From the NCBI GenBank assembly GCA_963789265.1, contig CAWBKB010000001.1, forward strand, positions 1,440,001 to 1,504,000: a stretch of 64,000 nt of DNA. The letters run 5' to 3'. How positions within the stretch are numbered: position 1 is the stretch's first letter; every line of letters begins with the position of its first letter. The position numbers were made by a program, and so were the translations under genes. The notes beneath the pieces were generated by a model. That model was not told the DNA's origin. It saw only the letters and a program-made list of their open reading frames with translations, and did no database searches. Shown in pieces: positions 42,547 to 53,498 of this stretch. Origin of the DNA: an uncultured delta proteobacterium (lineage in GTDB: Bacteria > Desulfobacterota > Desulfomonilia > Desulfomonilales > Desulfomonilaceae).

Positions 42547-43100
42547 GCGATTGTATTCGTAACCTGCAATTCATTTTTATTCTTGCATTATATCAAAGAC
42601 CCACGCCTGTTCCGTTCGGTAGAGCCCTCCAGTTGTGCAGGGATTGTAAGATCCTGACGTGCCCGTGGTCGCTGAAGGCCCTCCTGGGCTACTGGTCACA
42701 CCCAGGCACACATCGGGGTTAAAGCTCTGAGAACCATTCTCCGCGAGTTTCCACTTTCGGGCATATCGAGTATCCGGAAGTTCCGTCAGCGCGTCTATGG
42801 CGTTCTGGTTGCGCGAGAACGCAGGTCATAGCAAGATCTTCGCCGCATCCTTTCGGTTCCCCATCGGCAGATGGATCTGTTTCGAATCGGTAGCAAGACT
42901 GCAAATAGGCTACGCTACTGGAATATTTATAGGAGGAGCACGTGAAGCTCAAACAGAGCGAATTCTCTCAGAAAGGCACCCTAAGCGCCGCATAAGAAAA
43001 GAGTCAGCAAGCTGGAATACTCGATGTTATGGTTACAGCGACTTCAGATCCTAAAAGTGAGACCGATCCCAGCGTGATCCTTTTAGTTATGCTGCCGCCA

Positions 43101-43517
43101 CTACCCATCATCCACCTTTCCTCTCAGTGCTTTTACTCGTCCTCGTTTGGCTTTGCTTTCCAAACGCTTTTCCTGGGACCCTTGCGTTGGCTTCGTCTCG
43201 TGCCGTCGTTTACGGGAAACCATTACGCGCCTGATGAGATCTCGGAGCCTATCAAGTGCATCTTCTCTATTCTTCAGTTGGGTGCGATACCGTTGCGCCT
43301 TGATGATGACGACGCCTTCTTCCGAAATACGATGATCCTTTACCGTCAATAGCCTTTCTTTGTAAACATCGGGTAATGATGAAGCCTTGATATCAAACCG
43401 CAGATGAACGGCGGTAGAAACCTTGTTCACATTCTGGCCACCAGATCCTTGAGCACGTACAGCGTGAACGTCAATCTCTTCGCTTGGGATCGTTATTTCG
43501 TTTGGAATTTCCAGCAT
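43101..43517 (-). CDS. arfB: Alternative ribosome-rescue peptidyl-tRNA hydrolase
   Basis: GSGGQNVNKV motif and basic C-terminal tail. Confidence 0.93.
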   Translation of the reverse strand: MLEIPNEITIPSEEIDVHAVRAQGSGGQNVNKVSTAVHLRFDIKASSLPDVYKERLLTVKDHRISEEGVVIIKAQRYRTQLKNREDALDRLRDLIRRVMVSRKRRHETKPTQGSQEKRLESKAKRGRVKALRGKVDDG

Positions 43518-43563
43518 GAATCAAGCGACTTTGTGAGACAAGACAGCCTTAGTAAAATGCCAC

Positions 43564-44010
43564 TCATGATCCGAGGAGACATTTCTCTGAACTGTTGTGT
43601 CCGTCGTAATATCTCGCCTCTATGAGGTTGCCTTCTGGGTCCCGAAAATAGATTGACATCCCTTCACCATGAGCGCCCCATCGCTGAACAGGTCCCTCTG
43701 TTATCGGAACGGCGTTAGCCTTAAGTCTTTCCAGTAGGTTCTGCCAAGTCTCCTTACTCAACGCAATACAGAAGTGGTTCAAGTTTTCTCGGCCTTCCCC
43801 CGCCCGAGCGCTTTTCTCCCACATCGTTTTCGGGAACAGGTCGATGATTGTGTCCGCATTCAGGCGTACCGACGGGAAGGGTACCTTCCCGGCTCGATAT
43901 TCTTCCAGGCGCTCAGTCGGAAACTTAAGTACTGTCGAATAGAAAGCGATCATCTTCTCATCATCTTTCATGTTCAAAACAATGTGGTCCATAACGCATT
44001 GCATATTCAA
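43564..44010 (-). CDS. VOC/glyoxalase family protein
   Basis: DHIVL, NHFC, SIYFRDPEGNLIE. Confidence 0.88.
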   Translation of the reverse strand: MNMQCVMDHIVLNMKDDEKMIAFYSTVLKFPTERLEEYRAGKVPFPSVRLNADTIIDLFPKTMWEKSARAGEGRENLNHFCIALSKETWQNLLERLKANAVPITEGPVQRWGAHGEGMSIYFRDPEGNLIEARYYDGHNSSEKCLLGS

Positions 44011-44076
44011 TCCCTCCCAAAAAAGTCACGAGGACTCCGAGATCTCAGGACTGAGACCTACCATGCCCCATTTCCG

Positions 44077-45736
44077 TCACTCAAATTCCACTTCCAAGGG
44101 CACCAAGGGAAACTCCACGGCATTTGTCATGATCTCTTCCATCAGAGTACGAGTCCGCTCAACTTCTTCTTTTGGTGCCTCAACCCAAACGGCATCGTGT
44201 ATGATCATGACAATACGGCATTTCATCTTCCGCCTTTGAAATATAGCTTGGAGGCTTACGAAGGCCAACGTCAGGACATCAGCTTCAGCCTGTTGCAGTA
44301 CCTGTGGCTTTCACCCGTCGTTGCTCGGACACGCCGAATTCCTGGTCAAATCGTCGTCTTCGCCCTACATAGGATTCGACATAACGGTCCTGGGGCTCTT
44401 TCTTCTTCAGATCAGCCATAATCCCATCCAAATACCTCTTAGCCACCGAATATTTAGACCAGAAGGCGTTAATATAACCTTGGGCCTTACGGGTACCCGT
44501 GTTCAGCTTCTGCCCGAGGCCCCAAGCGGTCATTTGGAAGAGTATGCCGAAATTCACCTCTTTGGCCAGGTCTCTTTTCACTTTGTCTGTTGCGCCCTGA
44601 ATACCGCACATCTCCGCGGTCAACCAATGTACGTCTTTACCTTCACGGAAAGCCTTTACCAGTTCAGGGTCTCTGGAAAAGTTCGCCAACAGGCGGAGCT
44701 GGATTTGTTTGTAGTCCGCCTTCAAAAAGACACAGCCCGGAGCGGGAATTAAGAGCGGCCTGCAGATCTCCTTGTTAACGTTTTGCACTGGCGGATCTGA
44801 TGCATAGACGCGACCCGTGCGAGACATGACCTTCCATTCAGGGTGCACCCGAGTGGCACCCGCTGCTTCCTCAAGAAATCGCAAATCTATAGACCTGTCC
44901 TGCCATTCCAATATCTGGGCTGCTATAGGATGTTTTGGGGCTAAGCGCTTCAAGTCTGCTCGTGTTACCACTTCCTTGTTACCGCCACGCCATATTTTCC
45001 GACCCCGGAGCAAATCATAAACATCCCGTTCGGACCATAGATTCATCTCTCTTCCGCCAGTGATCTCATCGGCCAATGCTTTACTTTTGTTGAGAGCATC
45101 CCGGTATGCCACTGCGGCGGCAGCGTGATCTACCCCGATCCCGTAACGGCTCATCTGCAAAAGCATTAGGGCGAGGGCCAACTGGATATAAAAATAATTG
45201 AATTTAAGATCCGGGTCGGCTTCGTGGATTAGTTCGAGCAGTTCATAAGCCAAATCGTATATCAGGTGTGCATCGTAAGCCAGCATACCGCGGATTGATT
45301 CAGGGTAGGGATTATCAGCAAGGACTTTGTGCCATAGCGGATAGTCTTCGGACAAGTATTCGTGTACCAAATGGCTCACAGAGTAATCTTTTTTATATCC
45401 CTCTGAATTCAGCAAGTAAGCCATTAGCTCCGTATCAAGGATAAGATCTGTACGAGTGTGCTCATCTCCGAGGCGCAAATCTCGCCATATACGGCTGATG
45501 CCGTGCACTGCTAACCGGCACCTTTGCGGCTCATACAAGAATTTCTTGATAAGCTGAAATTCTTCAAGACTGACATCTACACACGCATGTTGGACTGATA
45601 GGCCGTACAAGCCGATTATTACTCTATCGTGAAATATGAAAGGAGCTGTAACAGCCACAGGAGTTTCAAGCTGGACAAAATCATTGCTCTGGTTGAGATC
45701 TTCAAGGCTATGAAAGACTTTTAGCTGTATACCCAT
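44077..45736 (-). CDS. Divergent short family-A DNA polymerase (~552 aa after correcting a +1 frameshift at ~44301)
   Basis: TGRVYASDPPVQN, motif A ADYKQIQLR, motif B RDLAKEVNFGILF, LQQAEAD, motif C IIHDA; no 5'-nuclease domain. Confidence 0.88.
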
Positions 45737-45883
45737 GAATACTCAACTTCTGTAATACTATAATACCGTAGAGCTACTAGTACTATTATTAATAAGGAGA
45801 GGGGGCAAGGTGCAGGGGGGATATAACATTATAAGGGTGGTACCGATTTCTACAATAAGCTGATATCATTAGTTAAAGACCTG
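45737..45883. other. AT-rich/G-run spacer, possible replication origin
   Basis: TAATACTATAATAC..CTACTAGTACTATTATTAATAAGG followed by G runs, between the HTH gene and the polymerase. Confidence 0.35.
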
Positions 45884-46960
45884 TCACGTATATACTTGGA
45901 ACTTGGGCGAGGACCGCACCACCCAAATGCCGTCTCGTATGGCAAGCAAGCCCACTCCCTGAAGGTGCTTTCGATGAATTCCTATCTGCTTCGGAGTGAC
46001 TTGTAACTCACGGGCAATGGCCACATCGGTCAGATGGAGCTTCCATTCATTGCGGCGGGCAGCCTCTTCCTGCTTGACCAGCAGCCATAGATAGAGGCGC
46101 ACGGCTGCACTGTTGATTCGGCTCAGGATTCGGTCGTCAACGATCTGCGGCCAGAAATAAGCGAATTCGTCGGAAAAAGTGCGAGTGTGCTTCAGTTCAA
46201 CCCTTTCAGAGCCACTTATCAGTTCTTCCGCTTCCTTTATAAGCTGGGGCACGTGCTGACGGCGCATGTTGCTGTAACGCTGAATGAGATCGAGAAGCTT
46301 GGCCTTAGGAACTTCGTAACGGACTATTTTAGGCTTTTTCTCCACACCGTGTGCCTCGAATTTGCCGACCTTACCGAACTCTTCGGCCACGATGGTCATG
46401 GCGGAAGCTACTGAGCGGAATCCATGAAAGATCTGAATTAGGCTGTATATGTCCACAGGGCTGATGCGGTTGGGATTACGGCCGTTCAGCTTGCATCTCG
46501 TACGCTGGCACTCCGTGGAGTGGCAATCAAAGCCGACCTCCCCCTGTGAAGTAATGGCCATCTCAAGGGCTTCCGCATACCAAGTGTCAGGATCGCCTAC
46601 ACCCTGGATTTTGTATTTCTTCCTTATTTCTGCGGATAAGCGCAAAGGCTTTTGAAACTTCGGGACCAGGCAATCAAAAATCAGGGTGGGGCCGGAGAGA
46701 GTTCCATGCTCGGCATACCGTGTTCTTAAGAAGTCTCGGGTCAGTTCAAAAAAGCGCCAGTGTTTGATCGTCTGCGGGTCCCATGTTCCCTTTGCGCCAG
46801 GTTCCACAAAAGAGAGGTCCCCAATCTTTGGCGCGGGCTGCTCATCGGGTACAAAAACGTTATAGGTCTTCCCATACTCGTGCCATTGCTTGAGCAAGGC
46901 GTCTCTTTGATCGTTAGATTCTTTGGGATCTTCCTTTGAGTTCATTCCGGTGCTCGACAC
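45884..46960 (-). CDS. Hypothetical protein with Cys cluster and C-terminal winged HTH (Rep-like?)
   Basis: CHSTECQRTRC; AVRLYLWL...LTDVAIARELQVTPKQIGIHRKHLQGVGLL. Confidence 0.65.
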   Translation of the reverse strand: MSSTGMNSKEDPKESNDQRDALLKQWHEYGKTYNVFVPDEQPAPKIGDLSFVEPGAKGTWDPQTIKHWRFFELTRDFLRTRYAEHGTLSGPTLIFDCLVPKFQKPLRLSAEIRKKYKIQGVGDPDTWYAEALEMAITSQGEVGFDCHSTECQRTRCKLNGRNPNRISPVDIYSLIQIFHGFRSVASAMTIVAEEFGKVGKFEAHGVEKKPKIVRYEVPKAKLLDLIQRYSNMRRQHVPQLIKEAEELISGSERVELKHTRTFSDEFAYFWPQIVDDRILSRINSAAVRLYLWLLVKQEEAARRNEWKLHLTDVAIARELQVTPKQIGIHRKHLQGVGLLAIRDGIWVVRSSPKFQVYT

Positions 46961-47225
46961 TTGAATAGTTGTCGCTCACTTTAGTACAAGCAAGGCATGC
47001 GGAGGAACCTTGTTTCCTGTGGGCGTAATTGGCCGCGAGATTCGTCCTATAAGGGGTCTAGAATGGATTCTGAGAGAAGTTAAAGATTGGGGTATGTCTT
47101 AGAGCATGGTCGTTTTTCGAACATTTGGAAGAGATACGGTTTGCGCGAGCTTTGGGAGCAGGTTTTCTGAATAGGCCACAGAACCTCGGATACCGGGCTT
47201 AGCTCACGTTCTACCGTGAAATGTC

Positions 47226-47573
47226 CTAGCAGTGCAGAGGCCGTACTGTCGAGCCTGAAAACGTGCCAAAACTTGTCTTTGGCACAGAGTAAGCTGGCCC
47301 GCCCCAATTGGCATCTCCGTTGGACTCATGCTTGCTCACGGAATTCACGAGCTTTTCTCTAACCGCCATAAGTAAGCCCTCTCCGGCGAGCAACCCTCGC
47401 GGGCTCTTCTCTGAGGTGAGCTGTTTGAAGTTCTGGGTGTAATAATTGGAAGGACCTAATAGGGTGAGAAGGGCACCGAACGCCAGTATTTGCCAGTTGA
47501 GGAAGGCTCGAAGATCAAACCCATTGTGCAGCATAGCCTCGGCAGCACTGATGAGCTTGTCGAGGGATTCCAT
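47226..47573 (-). CDS. Hypothetical protein
   Basis: AAGGAGG RBS before ATG. Confidence 0.55.
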   Translation of the reverse strand: MESLDKLISAAEAMLHNGFDLRAFLNWQILAFGALLTLLGPSNYYTQNFKQLTSEKSPRGLLAGEGLLMAVREKLVNSVSKHESNGDANWGGPAYSVPKTSFGTFSGSTVRPLHC

Positions 47574-48401
47574 TTCTCCGCCTCCTTTTCACAACTGTCA
47601 TGAAGTGACCGCGGTGCGGATAGAATGTTCCCTAGGGTCTAGGAAAATTATAAGGGTCTTACGGAGGAATGTGTGAAAAGTGACAAGTGTCTCCAGGGAG
47701 GCTTGCAGACCCTTCTCTTTAGTCTTACTGTCTTGCCGCCCAACAACGGCTTCTTGCGGCGGTTCTTGGAAGAGACGCAGAATATGCTCAAGGCAAGAGC
47801 AATGAGAATGAGTGGCCTCCTGAGAAGGATCAATGAATCAGGACAGGAAACCGAGGCTCTGCTCAGAATAGCTGCCGGCAGGATGGAAGCTGCCCAAGCA
47901 AAGCCTTGAGAAAGACCCGGTAGGATTCAACTCCGCAGGTCTTCTAAATGTTTTCATGCCCCCACGTCTCCCCAACCGATGAACTGTCCACCTCTGCAAG
48001 ACGGCTCTCATTACTAATTTTGAGTTATTCGCTCGGCAAAAGTTGAAAACTAAACAGAAGGACCTGCCAAAACGTAAGGCCATCGGCGAAAGTTTGCTTG
48101 ATCTCCCCTTCCAACTGGCACTTCCAGTTTTCCGGCCATGTCCGGCCCTCATTTATTGAGCTTGATCATTCCTCAGTCTCCGATGCCGGACTTTCATTGC
48201 CCCGAACCAATCCGAAGAGGTCCGTCTAAATAACGATAATGCTAGTTTTTGATCAGTAATTGAAAAAAGGGAGGCATTTTCAAATCAATTGACTATAATA
48301 ATAATTGTTCTTAAAGCGGCGGCGATTAATTATCACATGAGATGTGCCTTCCCGCAAAGATCATTCTCATCTGAGCATGAAGGTGGCGCCGGAGGCGACT
48401 A

Positions 48402-48749
48402 ATGACAATCGAAAAGGACGGCCGCAATGTGAATGCAAGGCAAGCCGTGACATTGATCCGCAGCTCGATGACTAACGTGGAACTGCTGCACAGGTTGAAG
48501 ATCAGCCCCAAAGGATTCAGCGATCTGTTGAGCCAGCTTTTCCAAAAGAAACTGATAGGAGAAGAAGATTTGAAACGCAGAGGCTTACGCTTCAAAATCC
48601 TGAAGAAAGAGCAAATCGCTGCCGTACCAATTAAGCCTTCACCGGCTTCGTGGGAAGACGACGAGTATGAATTTCCCGACACGGTTGTTTTGACCGACCT
48701 GCTCACCCCCCTGCATACCGATTCCCTGCCGCCAAAACTACGCCGCTGA
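48402..48749 (+). CDS. Hypothetical protein with a Desulfomonile-type helical repeat domain
   Basis: VNARQAVTLIRSSM...LKISPKGF..LL.QL...LI resembles a domain I recall as expanded in Desulfomonile; GGAGG RBS. Confidence 0.55.
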   Translation: MTIEKDGRNVNARQAVTLIRSSMTNVELLHRLKISPKGFSDLLSQLFQKKLIGEEDLKRRGLRFKILKKEQIAAVPIKPSPASWEDDEYEFPDTVVLTDLLTPLHTDSLPPKLRR

Positions 48750-49364
48750 TCGAGTACTTTCACGTACCTCGACTAATATTGCGAGTTCCTTTATCAGTGA
48801 ATCATATTCTACCTGGACTTTATCGGTGTAGCTCGAAGCAGATCTAATCACCCACATGCAACTCTATGAAAGGACGTCTCTTTCCGATAGTCAGATAACC
48901 AGAGCATTTGTCGAGTCGGAGAAAGCCATAGCGGAGCTGGATTAGATCACTTTCACGTTCCGGATGACGGGGAGCGTACTCAATTTAACTCTCCCGACGT
49001 CGGGAAAGTTCCGTCGGACGGGGTTTTCAGACGGGGCGAATTGAAAAAAATTAAGCCCTTCATTTTCAACAAGCGCCCCTTAATGGAGGATGAATCGTTT
49101 GTCTCTGGTCGTGCATCAAATACTCCAAGAGCCGAACGTTCGGAGGTGTGTACGATTAGGGGAGGTAAGTTCTCAATACCGTTCGTTTCTAATACATATG
49201 ATTCAGAAGATTTGAAGTTGAATGCTGCTTTGGCCTTAGGTTAAGGAGAATTCGATACTGCCCTGAATCATGGTAAAGATAAGAAATTTGTATAAAGACG
49301 CTGGAAGGACCAATGAGAACCAATGTAAGACGACAATCCTCTTCGATCATACTTCTCGGAGGAC

Positions 49365-50072
49365 ATGGAAATGAAAAACTTAAGCAAAGTAGGTATTGGC
49401 ACAATCCCCCTTCTATTACTTCTATTTGTGATTTCAGGAGTTGCTAGAAGTGAAGAGGTGCCTGCGATTCCAGCAGGTGCTAAGGCTTTCGTAGCCAAGG
49501 TTTCGGCAAATAGGAACTGTCTATTAGTACGTAGCCAGGCTGGCGAGTCTTCAAGAGTGGTCGGCTGTCTTCCGCGATGTAAGAAAGTAACACTGACAGG
49601 TAATTCAAACGATATATGGGTACAGATGTCTGCCCCCATATCTGGCTGGGTCAATGGGTTGTTCTTAGATCCTAATCCAAGAATATGTAATTTAGGGTCA
49701 TATGCCGGGGTAGCTCCATATGATGGCCCAGATCCCAGCCTGTATCCAGAGGACTATTTTGACTGGTGGAGTTCTCCTAGATGGGCTTGGTACTGGCCTT
49801 GGTGGTGGCATTACAGACACAATCGATACCATTTCTTCGCCCATCATCATCCTCGGAAACATCACGGTCACTACAAATATGTCCATGTTGGGCACCATCC
49901 GGCTCACCATGCTGTACGCCATCTTGAAAAACCTCACCAGGGGGGAAAACACGGTGGTAACAAATTCGCTAGACCTCACCATGGTGCCAAGAGATCCGCT
50001 GTGCATCACCATCGTGGTGGATTCCATAGAGCCGCTGGCCATGGTGGAAGACATGGTGAAAGACACCGATGA
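49365..50072 (+). CDS. Secreted SH3b-like protein with Trp-rich segment and His-rich tail
   Basis: Signal peptide; LLVRS...VG.L...V.L....WVQ....GWV; His-rich C-terminus. Confidence 0.7.
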   Translation: MEMKNLSKVGIGTIPLLLLLFVISGVARSEEVPAIPAGAKAFVAKVSANRNCLLVRSQAGESSRVVGCLPRCKKVTLTGNSNDIWVQMSAPISGWVNGLFLDPNPRICNLGSYAGVAPYDGPDPSLYPEDYFDWWSSPRWAWYWPWWWHYRHNRYHFFAHHHPRKHHGHYKYVHVGHHPAHHAVRHLEKPHQGGKHGGNKFARPHHGAKRSAVHHHRGGFHRAAGHGGRHGERHR

Positions 50073-50724
50073 GCTAGTTTAATCAACCGAATCTGATGGG
50101 ATAGCATCTTCTGGGATTAAACGGCGCTTTAGGTTGGTCCTGAGCAGCCGACGATAGAGATGACCTGGTGGTGGATTCGTTCCTCGGATCTGGCACAATT
50201 GCGCTCGCTTGTCAAAGACTCAATCGAAGGATCGTCCGTCCCTTCTCGAAACGAGTATGAACGTGATGCATTCCCCGTCCTGTGATCCCGAAACAGTGAT
50301 AGACTATGCCCGTGGACATGACTTCCTCGCCTTCTCAGATTCGTTACAAAGCCAAGAAGGCAGGAAATCATGTCCTTTTTCACTTTTCAACTAAGGTACA
50401 CACTTACGCGAAGATCCGGAATTAAGAAACTACAATCATAGAAGAGTTAATCAAAATGCACCAGAATTATAAGTGGTTGCATCAGAAACAATTGCTCTCT
50501 CAGTTGGAGAGATGGGGAAAAAATATTCAAGACCGCATCGAATGGCAACGTAAGAAAATTGACGAAGAACCGACGTCAGAGGAGGACGACAAATCCGTCA
50601 AGGAACCTCAATACCGAGAGCCTCTGGACTTGCTGAAAAGGAAATTACATAAAATGGCTAGATATGATTACTGACGTGATAAATTCAATCGTCTACGAAC
50701 CTCTTTGCTTGATAAAGGGCCTGA

Positions 50725-51017
50725 TCCCGACACCCGAAATGGTCTTTGCAACCGTTGCACAAAAGGGAGGCGATTCTGCCCAGGACAGAAATCACGGAAC
50801 CCTCAGGTTCAGGCAACCGGCAACGGTGAGTAAAAACGTGACCGGGTAATCACAACCCCCGGCCGGGACACCGTAAGGTGCATTGCCTCTTTTGGGTATC
50901 CCCCGGTAACCTTGAGAAAAAGAAGGCATCTCTCACGAAGCGTGAATCTCGGAAAGAGTCGTGAGAGGTAGCGTCTCCGGCGAAAGTCGGCGAGGTTATG
51001 AAGGATACCCAAATTCC
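50725..51017 (+). ncRNA. Candidate structured ncRNA of unknown family, copy B
   Basis: Paralogue of 30018-30311 with covarying stems. Confidence 0.75.
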
Positions 51018-51042
51018 ACAGACCCATTACCTGACCGTCAAT

Positions 51043-52155
51043 TTATTTCCTTATCTGCCCCGACGGTTCGTATGAATCCCCCGGACCGACCCCGTAGAAA
51101 AATACGACAAGTCGGTAGGGAGGCACGAAATCTCTCTTGTAAAACTCATAGACCGTGGGGCTGATTTTCTTGGGTTTGCCGGAAAAGCAAAGAGATATGA
51201 TCTCATCGGGGGTTTCTTTTTCGATCCGCAAGGTAAACGTTCCTATAGGCCCTTTCCAGTTCCGGCCGGTGCCCAGGATATACTCGACATTCTTCACGTT
51301 AAAATCCACTATCTCGGCACCTTTGGCAGCGAGGTCTTCGAGGTTCTTAGCTATTGCCTGCCTTGTTCGCTGGTCCAGACATGCCTCATGTCTACCGTGA
51401 TCAGCGAACCAGTGCGGTGTGGGTACCGGTACATGGCGATAAACTTTTTGATAGTCCTCAGATAAGTAGCCGAACTCCTTGTTATAGGCATTGCCGCCGT
51501 AAGTTCCGACGACTGGGTTGTAAGAAATCTCTACAACGGTTTCTTTTCCCGCAGGAAAGGTCTGCTCCTAAAATGCCGTTTCGGCGACCTCTAAGTCACT
51601 TATTTGCTTTCCCTTAGCCCAAATGAGATTGTATACAGCATTTTCTTGATCTTTCGTGAGATCAGCCTCATCAGCTTTACCAAAGATTTGTTTGTCGAAC
51701 AAACCGAGTTTCCTTAGCTGAGCCGTCACATCGTGATCAACAACTACGGCCTTGCGAACGACTCCTGGTGCTACCGAACGGCCATCTACCCAAACCTTAA
51801 AAGTTGCCATAATAAACGCAGAACCATCAGCATCCGGAAGCCAGGGACGGGGAGCTACAGGAAATGCGACCGTTGTTTTTATGTCTTTGAGAGATTCGTT
51901 TCGGAAGCGAAATTTAGCTCGTACTGCTTTTGTGGAAATCTCCAAAATCTCTTCGAGCAATCGGATGTCTGCACTCTTGGTGAAGGTGATTCCGCCTGCG
52001 CCAAGACGAGCGGTTGTTTCGTTGGAGAAAGCCTCAGTTGCCGATACCAATGTCGCTGTAACAATTATCAGTTCAGCGAGAAACACTCGAAAGAAAAGGT
52101 GCGTCACGTCGATAATTCTGGAGGTGTTCACAAAGGCCAAGCGATGATCTTTCAT
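51043..52155 (-). pseudogene. DUF4424-like secreted protein with in-frame TAG at 51568-51570
   Basis: ORFs 51568-52155 and 51043-51309 share a frame; NETTARLGAGG, F*EQTFPAG, YILGTGRNWKGPIG. Confidence 0.7.
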
Positions 52156-52319
52156 TTTTTTCCGTCACCTCGCAAAGGTATTATTGAGCGAAGTTTGGCG
52201 AAATATTGGAGAATTTGGAGTCATAATCGGCCGGGGCCTGGTCTATTTCAAGCCTACAAAGATGTCCAACCGGCAGGATATCTGGTCTTGACTTCCGAAG
52301 CTATTAGTAGGACCTGCCT

Positions 52320-53423
52320 CTACTGCTCATACTGCTTTCGGGACTTATCCCCCTTCCACTTTTCCGCAAATTCTCGCGTGATTCCTAAGTACTGGTCCCC
52401 GTACATTTCGCTACGTTCGATATAGGTGTTTTCCCACCACTCATTCCATGTACTGATGAAAATCCAGTCAGGATGGCTTTGGATCGCGGCCTCAAGAGTG
52501 GCACGATACGATGCTCCATTATCTCGATCTTTAGATTGTCCCTTTCGCCCTGGCAATCGGCTTTCGTCATAACCGGGTTGAGCAGTGGCCGCCCAAATCT
52601 TGGGCGTGGAGATGTCGGCCAAGAGTGGGTAATATAGCGTCGTTCGCCGAGCCCTACGGAAAACTTTTGCAGGATTTGGAATAGTGAACACACCGTACTC
52701 GTGCAAACCGTCAAACACATCGAGAGCCGCTATGTTCCGCCCCAATGCCAGATACACGGCATTTAGCCCTTTGTCACGGAGTTCCCCAAAAATATGTTTC
52801 CACATATCGAGCGGTACCTTCTGGGATGTCCAAATCACAATCAGCGGTTTCCCATCCACTTTCATGAAGGAGGGATGGTCGCGATAGGTGGAAATTACAT
52901 AAGCGAGCCACTGAAATATCTGGTCTTCGGTCCTTGGTTTTCCGTGCTTCAGAGTCTCAAAGTATATGCTAACAAGGAATTTCCTGTGCCTGGCGATTTG
53001 CAGCAGGATCTTCAGGTTCTTATCACTGTATGTCCCCGGCCCCCACCAAGATGAAATGAAACCATCAATACCGGCACTTTGAGCCTGCTCGACCTGGCGA
53101 GCTACGGATTCTGAGTTGGATGAAGAGTAGGGAGAGACCGGGTGATCTTTGAGCTTGGGATTTGACCAATCTCGAAGATGGTACCAAGGATAATAAAATG
53201 CCCAAAGCAGCTTTCGGTCAAGGACATGGCGAATTCGCTTTCGAAGCGGTTGGGTGTTCCTTAAGCCGGTAAGGTCAACAGAGACACTCAGAGAATTTCG
53301 ATATGGGTCTCCCGGTACAGAGCCATAATGATCGATTTCTCGAACAAACTGCGGTCCATTCGCGGAGACATCGTACACTTTCAAATTGCTCCGATTGGAG
53401 CTGCCTTTCCGCAAAATAAATTC
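52320..53423 (-). pseudogene. GH99/GH71-like glycoside hydrolase, 5'-truncated by the IS
   Basis: AFYYPWY, GIDGFISSWWG, PGYDE, ISTWNEWWENT; frame runs into the IS end. Confidence 0.75.
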
Positions 53424-53435
53424 GGAAGTATTCTC

Positions 53436-53464
53436 TTGACAAACCCACAAGAAACTATTATATT
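53436..53464 (+). promoter_or_regulatory. Sigma-70 promoter of the transposase
   Basis: TTGACA-17 bp-TATATT. Confidence 0.7.
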
Positions 53465-53498
53465 AGGGGGCATAGGGTGAATTAAAGGGGTTGCCAAG

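Noticed and set aside
44297..44302. Programmed ribosomal frameshift in the polymerase
   Set aside because: No slippery heptamer, and the same AGTACC context explains three other unrelated frameshifts.
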